Below the pieces are notes generated by a model. The model saw nothing but the letters and a program-made list of their open reading frames with translations, searched no databases and was not told the DNA's origin. A stretch of 64,000 nt of DNA from Wickerhamiella versatilis (taxonomy: Eukaryota). This document shows positions 23,379 through 32,821 of the stretch, in pieces. The stretch covers positions 558,001 to 622,000 of the forward strand of contig JAQOWU010000003.1 of assembly GCA_030867685.1 (NCBI GenBank), written 5' to 3'. Made by a program: the position numbers and the translations under genes. Numbering within the stretch: the stretch's first letter is position 1; each line of letters opens with the position of its first letter.

Positions 23379-24671
23379 ATGAGTGACAGTGACTCTGACG
23401 ACTCACTGGATCTAAACGCTATTGCAGCACATGCTGGAGGGGAGAAATTGAGCAGCAATGAGTATGGCATAGGGTCTGAATTGCTGATCCGTATGGGCTA
23501 CGTTGAGGGCCAGGGATTAGGTGCGAATGGCGAGGGAATTAAAACACCCATATCTCAAGAAGGCCAGCAGGACCAGCGTGGACTGGGCGCTGGATCTAGC
23601 GTGCCTTCACTGAAACCTGTAGAACAGCATAGTCACAAAAAGTCCTTAAACCCCAAGGCTACCCCATATTCAGAGCGGCCTTCGCAAGATACTTTGCAAG
23701 AACGCTTGTCTGCACTACGCAGTGAGCATCAACGTCTTGTACGTATCAAGGAATTGATTAATGATCCCGAAGCTTTGTTTTTAGAATTTGGAGCGAGTCC
23801 CGAATGGGAAACTTTACAATTAGGAGAAGTCGCTGTACATTCGCTTTTATCAGTCTTCTCGGTTGAGAATGATGAAAAAGCTCTGGAAAAAACCAAGCTT
23901 TTTATACCAATGCTCAGCGACGATCAATTGACTATGCTACTTCAAGCAGCATTGTTGCCCCGCCTCAAGTTTGGAAATCATCTTCTAGATCTCTGGGCAG
24001 CATTTGGTGACATATTGGCTTTTATACGAACGGATCTTGAAAATATTGTGTTACAAAATGCTCTTGAAGCTATCTTCGAAATTGACAAATGGACAAATTT
24101 GGTAAATCCCGATTCTTTTATTGAGGCGGCTGTTTCTCAGCTTGTTAACAGATGGCGAATTGATGATGATGTCCTTCTGAATCATGCACGGGTTCTTGAC
24201 TCGTACACAGATTTATCCACGAGTTTGATCGATATGCTACGGGATCATTATCCCGATCTTCGTATAATTCCATGGCTTTTGAACGATAATCTTTGGAGAA
24301 TATTTCTACCAGACCTTCTTAATGAAGTTAGAGTACTTGTAAAGCAGAAGAAATATGAGGAGCTTTTGATATGGTGGAAGTGCTGGAAGCCACCGTCAGA
24401 GGAATTGAGACTCGAAATACTGAATGCTATAAATGCGGCTCTCGATGGCTGTCCTTTCGTAAAGCCCTCCCCTAAAACAAGAGCGACATTCAGAGATGTC
24501 GTTGAGCACTTCTGTGTGGCTAATGATCTTGAAATGGAGGATGCTGTAACGGTTAATGGGCGAAAAGCATTTAGCATAAATGGAAAACTATGCTACATAG
24601 AAAACGATGCCTTATGGGTAGAATCTAGTCGTGGATTCAAACCCATGTCTTTGACTAAATTACTCGGTTGA
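23379..24671 (+). CDS. G-patch spliceosome disassembly factor (Ntr1/Spp382/TFIP11-like)
   Basis: G-patch GIGSELLIRMGYVEGQGLG..GEGI.TPI and TFIP11-type C-terminus TFRDVVEHFC...FKPMSL. Confidence 0.75.
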   Translation: MSDSDSDDSLDLNAIAAHAGGEKLSSNEYGIGSELLIRMGYVEGQGLGANGEGIKTPISQEGQQDQRGLGAGSSVPSLKPVEQHSHKKSLNPKATPYSERPSQDTLQERLSALRSEHQRLVRIKELINDPEALFLEFGASPEWETLQLGEVAVHSLLSVFSVENDEKALEKTKLFIPMLSDDQLTMLLQAALLPRLKFGNHLLDLWAAFGDILAFIRTDLENIVLQNALEAIFEIDKWTNLVNPDSFIEAAVSQLVNRWRIDDDVLLNHARVLDSYTDLSTSLIDMLRDHYPDLRIIPWLLNDNLWRIFLPDLLNEVRVLVKQKKYEELLIWWKCWKPPSEELRLEILNAINAALDGCPFVKPSPKTRATFRDVVEHFCVANDLEMEDAVTVNGRKAFSINGKLCYIENDALWVESSRGFKPMSLTKLLG

Positions 24672-24733
24672 TCCACAGTGTATATGTGATAAATAATATT
24701 TTTCAAACATGCCTAAATATTTTCAATAAAATA

Positions 24734-26635
24734 TCAAGCTAGATTGCCCCAAGCGTTAAGAATGGCCATTGCATATTCAGGAGAGAGGTATTGTCGAGCA
24801 TCTATACCCAAAGTACTCCAAGCACGACGCGTCATGCGTCCAACATGGTGCTGTTCCATTATTCTACGACGTACCAAGTCTGCTCTTGCCATCTCTCTTA
24901 TGAACGGAGTGACTTCAACGGCATCTCTGCTGCCTTTGGGAGGCACCATAACAGGCTCAGAATAATTGCTCAGTGGCTGTAGGGACCAGAGGTTCTCTGA
25001 CGCCGGTAAGCTAGGTTCTACTGTGGTCACTTCGCGGTCCATCGCAGAAGTATCCTCGGCAGCAGTGAGGAATTCATTTAAATCTGTGCAACCTTGAGAT
25101 TTGGAGTAGTACTCCGGCTGCCGCCACGGGGCCACCCAAGTATCGACACTGAATATGCGGCTAGGCTCACCTTCGCGACGGTACCATTCTGCCCCCGATA
25201 AAGAACCCCCGATGCCCCATTGGCACCAGAATTGTATATGCATCAGTATATCTCGTAGAGGGGCACCCCTTAATGCAGCATCTGCCAAAACCTTTTTGTC
25301 TATAATATGCCCTTCGCTCAGGGCAATCAACCAGGCGACGTCGACTAGCCGCGCTGGTGGCGCAAGACACATTTCGATGCATTTAATATCAAGAAATAAG
25401 GGGATTCGAGAGGCTGTCTCACTGGTAACAATTACAGGCCTGTTGGTATTATATGCAAATTTTTCAAGATTAGCCCAGAAACTGCTACCTTCACTTTCAA
25501 GGATGGCATCAGCCTCCTCAACCAACACACATAATCTGTTCGAATGAACAGCGTGCGAATGGCCAACTCCATCTAACATTGACGAAAGGTCGCGTCCAGA
25601 TCTCTTCATGGTCGCGTTGACCTCCAAGACAAAACAATCTTGCTCCTTGGCCGCGGCAAAGACGGCAGACGTTTTACCAACACCGCTAGGCCCAATTAGT
25701 AGACAGATTGGATGAACTGTATTACCTTTAGAGAGTCTCTTTTGCATCCAATTCGAAATACGCAGACAATTCACCGGGTCTATGTGCTGCTGGCAGGTTT
25801 GTGGAGAGTATTTTTTGATCCATAATTGTTCCTCGAACATCCCACAGTCAAACGGCTTCGGCACTTGTGAAAGGTTTTTCAAAGAATCAATTAGCGTATC
25901 GCTATTCTCCGGACTCGAATTAACAAGCCATGCTGAAATCTCTTGCGAATCTACCGCAAGCCTTCGAGGAGTTTTGACATATCGTTTTCCAGATATTCTC
26001 GATATCTTTAGGTCCCAATGTTCTTTTTCCAGAATTCGAGCTTGGCGGCGTGGTAGCTTTTCGACAAGGGAGTCACGGGCAGAACGAATATGCGTACGGG
26101 GCCAGGGACAAAGCTTAGGAGATGGTTTCCAACTTGAAATTTCCTTTTTTTGAACCCTTGGGCGTTTTGCAAAAAACGAATGCACGCGAGGCTTAATCTC
26201 AAGCATCCGACCTGGGTCGGCTTTTAGCGTCACCATAAAACTAGGCTTTGAGGGTGGCGAGAAGGATACTTTCTTAAGTTTGTCACTGTCAACCCGAAGC
26301 GTAACGACAAATTGTGATGGCGAATTGCTATTAACCATTCTGTCCGTTTCCGGATTGGCATTAATCTTTTCCTTTTCCTGTGAAGAGTGTTTATTCTCTT
26401 GACAGTCATGCACTTTTTCGTTAACAACTGAGCGAGTCGATTCATTCTTCTGTTCTGGAGCTTTACGAACCCGCTTTGCAAAGAACGGATGAACTTTCGG
26501 CACTTCTTTGGATGCTGGATTCTCATCAGTTTTTTTCAAATCAGAAGCATTAATATCAGTTTCCTCTACTGGTCCATCTGTACTTTTAGGCAACGAATTG
26601 GATAGACCCCAGAGGCTCAACAGTGTCCGAGCCAT
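24734..26635 (-). CDS. ELG1: RFC-like PCNA unloader Elg1
   Basis: WIKKYSP, GPSGVGKT, EVNA..KRSG, EEAD, RPVIVT; MCB site directly upstream. Confidence 0.8.
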   Translation of the reverse strand: MARTLLSLWGLSNSLPKSTDGPVEETDINASDLKKTDENPASKEVPKVHPFFAKRVRKAPEQKNESTRSVVNEKVHDCQENKHSSQEKEKINANPETDRMVNSNSPSQFVVTLRVDSDKLKKVSFSPPSKPSFMVTLKADPGRMLEIKPRVHSFFAKRPRVQKKEISSWKPSPKLCPWPRTHIRSARDSLVEKLPRRQARILEKEHWDLKISRISGKRYVKTPRRLAVDSQEISAWLVNSSPENSDTLIDSLKNLSQVPKPFDCGMFEEQLWIKKYSPQTCQQHIDPVNCLRISNWMQKRLSKGNTVHPICLLIGPSGVGKTSAVFAAAKEQDCFVLEVNATMKRSGRDLSSMLDGVGHSHAVHSNRLCVLVEEADAILESEGSSFWANLEKFAYNTNRPVIVTSETASRIPLFLDIKCIEMCLAPPARLVDVAWLIALSEGHIIDKKVLADAALRGAPLRDILMHIQFWCQWGIGGSLSGAEWYRREGEPSRIFSVDTWVAPWRQPEYYSKSQGCTDLNEFLTAAEDTSAMDREVTTVEPSLPASENLWSLQPLSNYSEPVMVPPKGSRDAVEVTPFIREMARADLVRRRIMEQHHVGRMTRRAWSTLGIDARQYLSPEYAMAILNAWGNLA

Positions 26636-26641
26636 GGGATC

Positions 26642-26647
26642 ACGCGT
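26642..26647. promoter_or_regulatory. MCB element ACGCGT upstream of ELG1
   Basis: ACGCGT followed by CGCG, 6 nt from the ELG1 start. Confidence 0.5.
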
Positions 26648-26844
26648 CGCGCGGCCGCTAATAACGGATGAGTCATCTAATGTAGTATCCTAAATGTATT
26701 TACTTTTTTTCGGCAATTGGACGGATTTGCAGTATACTTAGATAGCATCGCTAATAATTGGGCGCTAGCACTACCAGCCGAATATTTCTAAAAAGCATCC
26801 AGAAGTCACAGGAAAGCATATTATTACTAAGGTGACTTGCAATC

Positions 26845-28092
26845 ATGGACCTTCGCTCAGAGGCTGAAGCAGCATTGCGGAAAGCAGATCCTCTGTGCGT
26901 GGGAGCCAACTCCACCTTGATTGCAACCAAGAGTGTCACGGAGCAGTCAACCATTCTTTGGTCACAAATTCTTTTTCTGCGCGATGCAACACAAGATCAG
27001 CTGCAATCTATGGGTAATTTGTGTGTGCTGCTATCTAGCGCCATCAAAAAGGCAAATTCCGAGAGCTCTAGTCGCTTGAAGAGGCTCATTAGATCAAATG
27101 AGGAGCTTAACGCTATACTCACACTGTTAAATGGCACACGATTGGACCCGGCAATAGCAGAAAGCGGTAATCCAAGTTTATATCAATTTGTAAACGACGA
27201 GGATGTTACAGTCCTGAAGTCACAGATCGATGTATATGGTCACTCCCTGCGTAAGGGACTGCAAGATCTGCAAGCCCTGCCAGAGCAGCTTCAACGAGAA
27301 TTACAAGGACTAAGGGAGAAAGCACCAGAGCCCCCTGCTGATTTAAAAAATGCACCGAAGTTGCTAGCAGAAGCAACCGATGAGAAGGCACCATTAGCGC
27401 AGGAGATGGCTCGTTTACTCGACAGTCTTACCCGACACTATGATCTGTGCTCAGAAATTCCTAACCTGAACGAAAAAGAAAAGAGAGAAGCCCTTGAAGT
27501 TGCTAGTACAGACCAGAAATTAGTGCAAGGAGCGATTTCGCGAATGAATTTGATCAAAGATATCTTCGATCGAGCACATGAAGTTGTTGTGGATCTTCAT
27601 AGACGGCTAATGATAGAGTTTGAGGCCTCTGCAAATTTTTTTCATGAAATAGAAGCATTCACGGCCCATGCTCTCGTATGCTATGTTTCTCAGATCAGGG
27701 AGAAACAGGAGGAGTGCGCGAAAGTGTATGACAGCGTTGATCATGTCACTCGTGAGGTTCAAGGGCTGACTTCGTATTTCAAACTCTTCAAAAAGGCATA
27801 TAGTGCCTTGGTCATAGAGATTGTACGGAGACGGCAAGCACAAGATCATTTATACAAGGTGTTGAGAGACGCAAACGCTTCGTTGCAGGAAGCACATGAT
27901 CGTGAGTTTGCAGTAAGACAAGATTTCTGCTCTAACTATGGGGAATTTCTCCCTAAAGGAATATGGAATGATATTGACTCCCAGCCCCATCTTTACGTGC
28001 TGGATTTTGAAGAGGAGAAGATGCCAAATATAAGCAAAGACTCGCTTGCTGAAGCCCTTAAGGATTTGAATTCATCGGCAAAAAGGAGTTAG
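26845..28092 (+). CDS. ATG17: Autophagy scaffold Atg17
   Basis: Coiled-coil protein with SLYQFV, EMARLLDSLTRHYDLC, YSALVIEIVRRR, YGEFLPKGIW. Confidence 0.88.
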   Translation: MDLRSEAEAALRKADPLCVGANSTLIATKSVTEQSTILWSQILFLRDATQDQLQSMGNLCVLLSSAIKKANSESSSRLKRLIRSNEELNAILTLLNGTRLDPAIAESGNPSLYQFVNDEDVTVLKSQIDVYGHSLRKGLQDLQALPEQLQRELQGLREKAPEPPADLKNAPKLLAEATDEKAPLAQEMARLLDSLTRHYDLCSEIPNLNEKEKREALEVASTDQKLVQGAISRMNLIKDIFDRAHEVVVDLHRRLMIEFEASANFFHEIEAFTAHALVCYVSQIREKQEECAKVYDSVDHVTREVQGLTSYFKLFKKAYSALVIEIVRRRQAQDHLYKVLRDANASLQEAHDREFAVRQDFCSNYGEFLPKGIWNDIDSQPHLYVLDFEEEKMPNISKDSLAEALKDLNSSAKRS

Positions 28093-28247
28093 AAAGTTTA
28101 ATTTAGGAAGGCCAGGCTCAATTGCTACCTTCCATAGCATTACCTTAACGTTTTTTGATGAGGCCAATATAATATTACCAGTAATTTATCTAATGAATCC
28201 ATGATAGCACAATTTCAATCCAATTCGTGAGTCAGCATTGGAATAAT

Positions 28248-28579
28248 ATGGACCATGGCGAGGACGCCATAACAAAACACCTCATTCAGACTGGTAGTTA
28301 TGCTCAGCTGGCAGGGCTGCTACGACAAAGACTAACTGCTGCAGGGTGGTACGATAAAGTTCAAGCGCTGGCTGCTCAAGAACTAAGCACATCTGATAAC
28401 CCTGCGGTGCAAAATGTCAGCGCCGGCGTCGAAAAACAAGCACTAGGTAAGTGAAATTTTTGGAACCATTCACCAAGGAATATGGCTAACAAACAGCTTT
28501 GGTATCAGATGATATCAAATCTGAAATGCATCAAATCATAAAAGAGCTAATCGACGACCTTGTGGAAAAAGTTGACTAA
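28248..28579 (+). CDS. SUS1: Sus1/ENY2 (SAGA DUB and TREX-2 subunit); exons 28248-28446 and 28497-28579, 93 aa
   Basis: HLIQTGSY..L...L...GWYDKV; splicing restores frame to ...KQALALVSDDIKSEMHQIIKELIDDLVEKVD*. Confidence 0.9.
28447..28496 (+). other. 50-nt spliceosomal intron in SUS1
   Basis: GTAAGT donor, GCTAAC branch point, AAACAG acceptor; in-frame TGA if retained. Confidence 0.9.
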
Positions 28580-28652
28580 AAGTGCTCTATATACTATGTA
28601 GCAATAATTAAATGCTGGTATACCATCTCAAATATTTCCAGAAGTACCCCCA

Positions 28653-29357
28653 TCACTTGCCTATCTTGTCAAATTCGGAGAAATCTTCACCTTTATCACC
28701 TTCCGGAATTTCATTTTGAGCACTTTCCTGCTCATTGACGAATGCGAGGACCTGCTGAACGAGAGGTTTCGAGGAAGGAACATAATGCCCACCTGGATGC
28801 TTCACAAGATTACGCTTAGATGGCTCCCATGCATCATAAAGTGCCATAGAGCGTTCCTCGGATACAACAGTATCCAAAGTTCCCATAATATGTAGAGACG
28901 GAGTTGTAAAAGGCTCGTCATAAACACCAGGGAACATCGTCTCATTCAATTTAAATGCGGAATACATAATGGCAAACTTGAGCTTTGGATGATTCGGACA
29001 GAATTTTTCCGTACCCACAAGTTTTGTGAGGACAGCAGTCAGACCTGCACCTTGGCTAAAACCGATAATACCGTCGAAGGGCCCTTTGGTTTCGAGAGCC
29101 TCACGCACAGTCTCCATGGCTTTGTCTTTTTTAAGATATTCGGGGCTCGCTTCATTCACAATCCACCATGCACGCATATCTATGTCGGCCTGTGAAGGAT
29201 CAGGATCGAACGGAAGGTCGTTGGGGGTCAACACTAGAGGACCGGAAAGAAAGAATAGATCATGCTTTGCTTTGGTCAGAGGTTTGCGCAACCCCGAGGC
29301 CTTTTTCGCAAACATTTCGCCGCTCTGTGCAAACCCATGGAGACAAAGAATTTTCAT
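28653..29357 (-). CDS. FSH1/OVCA2-family serine hydrolase
   Basis: KILCLHGFAQSG, GPFDGIIGFSQGA, G.LDTVV, HPGGHYVP. Confidence 0.92.
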   Translation of the reverse strand: MKILCLHGFAQSGEMFAKKASGLRKPLTKAKHDLFFLSGPLVLTPNDLPFDPDPSQADIDMRAWWIVNEASPEYLKKDKAMETVREALETKGPFDGIIGFSQGAGLTAVLTKLVGTEKFCPNHPKLKFAIMYSAFKLNETMFPGVYDEPFTTPSLHIMGTLDTVVSEERSMALYDAWEPSKRNLVKHPGGHYVPSSKPLVQQVLAFVNEQESAQNEIPEGDKGEDFSEFDKIGK

Positions 29358-29871
29358 CCGTAAATAAACTTTTTCCGAGTATCGGAAGTTGTTAGCTGAC
29401 TCAACGGGTTTATCGTATCTTGTACATTTTTTGAAGGGTTATGGCTGAGAGAGCCTGCTGATTTCTCATCAATAATTTCTGTATTCTTTTCCTAGAAAAC
29501 AATGAAAGAAACGTCAATAGGACTTGGTATGTTCCTAAAAAGATGATGTGGTGGTAGGACAGTGTAACCTAGGAGCAATTCCTGTTCTTGTATCAGAAGC
29601 CGGTTAACTAACCCAGATGACATATTACAGCGCATCAGCAGAGGTATACCTGCAGATGGGGACCACCACCCAAATTCTCTTATTAGCTGACAGGAATAAT
29701 ACGAAATCAATCTATATTGCTTTCAGCTTTGTTAATTATGAACATTATTAGACACTCTTTAAACCTGTCCCTGGAATCCCCTGTAAGATGTCCCCTCTCT
29801 GTCATCCTATTATATTACAAGTTCGTTTGAAAAAGTGATTACCTAAAGCGCACGTTTACAACTTCCAGCTA

Positions 29872-31062
29872 ATGACTGTCACCCTATTCTATGGTCCGGG
29901 TTCACCGTTTGCTATGGCCTCCTATGTTCTGGCTAAGGCGTTAAAGCTTGATGTCAAGTTTGCCAACAAGCGAGAGGAAGGTAAAGCTGACTTTGAAAAG
30001 TTGTTCTCGCCGGAGAACCGCTTTGTGCCAGCGATTTATGATGATAAGACTGGCAAATCATTCAACCAATCGATTGCTGTAAATGATTTCCTCTTGTCTC
30101 TCGCGAGCGACAAGAAGGGTCTCTTGGGTCGTGAACCCGAAGACTATTACCAGGTTTTGCAGTGGGAGAGCATCATCAGTGGCGACGTTATGGTCCAAAT
30201 CCGCCCTGTAATTATTTCTGCTCTAATCGGTAAGCCAGTAACTGCTGAGCAGGCAAGAGAGGTGATCTCAACTGTTAAGCGTTACTTCGACTATACAGAG
30301 AGTCATTTGCGGGCAAACACCTACCTCGTGGGTGAACAGCTCACTGTCGCCGATATCTTCGGTGCAAGTGCTTACTCTGTATTGCTCAAATTTTTGTTGT
30401 CTCCTGAGTGGCGTAAGGAATATCCCTCAACGGTGCGGTGGGTCAGCACTGTGGTCAACGACTCTCTGGTCAAAGAGTATTTCGCGGGCCACTTGGTCCT
30501 CCCGAAGGAGGATCCTCTGCCAGGCTTTTTGAAGGGAACGCCAGCTGCTGCCCCACAGCCTGAAAAGAAACTAAAGCACCCACTTGAAGCTCTGGGCAAG
30601 GCCTCTCACTCTATTGATGAAGTGAAGCGTAATTATTCCAACAAGGACACCCGGAAAGAGTTCCTGCCATGGTTTTGGAACGAGTTTTACAATGACGAGG
30701 AGTGGAGTCTTTGGAAGGTCGATTATAAGTATAACGACGAGCTAACGCTTACTTTCATGTCCAACAACTTAATCGGTGGCTTCTTCAATCGTCTTCTGGC
30801 CAGCACTAAGTATATTTTCGGTTGCGGTGCTGTCTATGGCGAGAATAACAATAACGGTATCGAATGTGCTTTTGTTATCCGTGGAAAGGATCATGTCCCT
30901 GTATTTGATGTGGCACCAGACATGGAGGTTTTCGATTTCACCCGTCTCGATGCTTCTAAGCCAGAAGATCGCGAATTCATTGGTGATCTTTGGTCCTGGG
31001 ACAAGCCTCTTGTCATCAATGGCGAGAAGCGCGAGATATATGACGGAAAGGTTTTCAAATAG
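29872..31062 (+). CDS. Translation elongation factor 1B gamma (Tef4/Cam1 family)
   Basis: GST-like N-terminus (TYLVGEQLTVADI) and EF1G domain (KRNYSNKDT, YKYNDELTLTFMSNNLIGGF). Confidence 0.93.
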   Translation: MTVTLFYGPGSPFAMASYVLAKALKLDVKFANKREEGKADFEKLFSPENRFVPAIYDDKTGKSFNQSIAVNDFLLSLASDKKGLLGREPEDYYQVLQWESIISGDVMVQIRPVIISALIGKPVTAEQAREVISTVKRYFDYTESHLRANTYLVGEQLTVADIFGASAYSVLLKFLLSPEWRKEYPSTVRWVSTVVNDSLVKEYFAGHLVLPKEDPLPGFLKGTPAAAPQPEKKLKHPLEALGKASHSIDEVKRNYSNKDTRKEFLPWFWNEFYNDEEWSLWKVDYKYNDELTLTFMSNNLIGGFFNRLLASTKYIFGCGAVYGENNNNGIECAFVIRGKDHVPVFDVAPDMEVFDFTRLDASKPEDREFIGDLWSWDKPLVINGEKREIYDGKVFK

Positions 31063-31247
31063 ATGCCACATCCGTATGGTATAGCCTTAGTTAACTCTCT
31101 ATAGAAATTGTCTAGAATTTGTTTTTAGAAACGAGAATATACTTTTCCGAGATCGCGGGAAAGTTTCTCCTACAGGGAAGTCGATATTGCTGAAACCAAA
31201 AGCATAAGCTTACTCAACCAACCACTGTAGAAGAATACAGATGGGTT

Positions 31248-32771
31248 ATGGGCGTAGAATGCCCTGTTTGCGGCCGTAATCTTGAACTATGGACAGCTGT
31301 TCAACGTTCATTGCATGCAAATTCCTGTATAGACCAGGGATTTGAGAGCAGCACTAGTAAGACCGTGTCAGGTATATCCTGGGATTGGCGTGCTCCGCAA
31401 TTAGCAGGAAAGCGACAGAGCAAAACGAACAAAAAGGCTCAAAGTAGAGGCCAAAAACGTTATCGACTGGATCAACCACAGCCGCGCCAAGCGGTAGAGT
31501 GTGAGAGGTCTCAATCAACTCAGTCGGAACGTCTTGATTCCGACTACAAGGATAAATTGCCCTCGCCCACGAAATCAGCTACTATGCCGATTGTCAAACA
31601 AGAGGAAAAGCATCACAGCGTCTCTAATAGTATAGAAACTGTTCAAAAGACATTGTCCAAAAAAACCAAGAGAACTACGAGATCACAATTGCCATTCTAC
31701 AAGATTCTAAACTTCGACCATACGAGCTTTGCAGTCGATGCATTCATGTGGGGTGCTATAGATGAAGTTTCAGCTTATTTCTTGACTCACTTTCACAGTG
31801 ATCATTATGGTGGGCTTAGCAAAAACTGGAAACATGGCTATATATATTGCTCACCGACTACGGCCCGCCTAGTAAAAATGCAGCTGCACGTTGATCCCCA
31901 ATGGATAGTGGAAGTACCTATAGGTAGTCCTGTACCTATTATGGACGTCGAGGTGGTCCTACTCGATGCAAATCATTGCCCTGGTTCTACTGTTATGCTA
32001 TTTAACGGTAAAGTCTTGCATACCGGTGATTTTCGTGCTACTGAGTATCTCACAAACCGTGTAAGAGAGATCACCACATACCTTGATATTGTCTACCTTG
32101 ATACCACTTATTTGGACCCGTCACGAAATTTTCCCTCTCAGAAAAATGTTATAGATACCTGTGCGGAATTTTGCAAATTAGAACAGCTTAGGCCTCCAGA
32201 CCGCTCATGGTTTACAAAGATAAAGCCCCGTCGTATTCTTGTAATGGTCGGGACGTATACTATTGGGAAGGAGCGGTTGGCCGTTGGCATTGCCCACGCA
32301 CTGAGAAGTAATATCTGGGCACCCGCCTCGAAACTAAAGATTCTTCACGAGTTGGATTATCCTAATCTCGCAAATTTATTAGACTGTAATGATGGACTAC
32401 AATGCCAGGTACATCTAGTCCGGATGGGCGAGCTGACCATCGCTAACCTTGAAAACCAGTGGAAATTTCTACAACGCCATTTTACAGAACTTATAGGTTT
32501 CATCCCTACTGGATGGACAGCATCATCGCATGAAAAAGATACTTTTACGATCAACGATTTGAAATCTCGGTGCGTCTCACGACACCCCTTCATCCGCATT
32601 TTTCGAGTTCCATATAGTGAGCACTCTAGTTTCCGCGAGCTTGAATATTTTTGCAAGTCTTTGCAGGTAAGGCGACTGATTGCTACAGTTCCTGGTAAGC
32701 ACTTGGAAATTTTGAAACAATGGGAAAGCCAGAAACACGAATCTTCGGCTAAATCTGAGTATAAGGCTTGA
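31248..32771 (+). CDS. PSO2: DNA interstrand cross-link repair nuclease Pso2/Snm1
   Basis: N-terminal CPVC...H..SC finger, THFHSDHY, ANHCPG, HTGDFR, VPYSEHSS. Confidence 0.92.
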   Translation: MGVECPVCGRNLELWTAVQRSLHANSCIDQGFESSTSKTVSGISWDWRAPQLAGKRQSKTNKKAQSRGQKRYRLDQPQPRQAVECERSQSTQSERLDSDYKDKLPSPTKSATMPIVKQEEKHHSVSNSIETVQKTLSKKTKRTTRSQLPFYKILNFDHTSFAVDAFMWGAIDEVSAYFLTHFHSDHYGGLSKNWKHGYIYCSPTTARLVKMQLHVDPQWIVEVPIGSPVPIMDVEVVLLDANHCPGSTVMLFNGKVLHTGDFRATEYLTNRVREITTYLDIVYLDTTYLDPSRNFPSQKNVIDTCAEFCKLEQLRPPDRSWFTKIKPRRILVMVGTYTIGKERLAVGIAHALRSNIWAPASKLKILHELDYPNLANLLDCNDGLQCQVHLVRMGELTIANLENQWKFLQRHFTELIGFIPTGWTASSHEKDTFTINDLKSRCVSRHPFIRIFRVPYSEHSSFRELEYFCKSLQVRRLIATVPGKHLEILKQWESQKHESSAKSEYKA

Positions 32772-32821
32772 ATTAAATAATTTAATAGGGTGTCATACAC
32801 GATTGCTAGCAATTAGATGGA

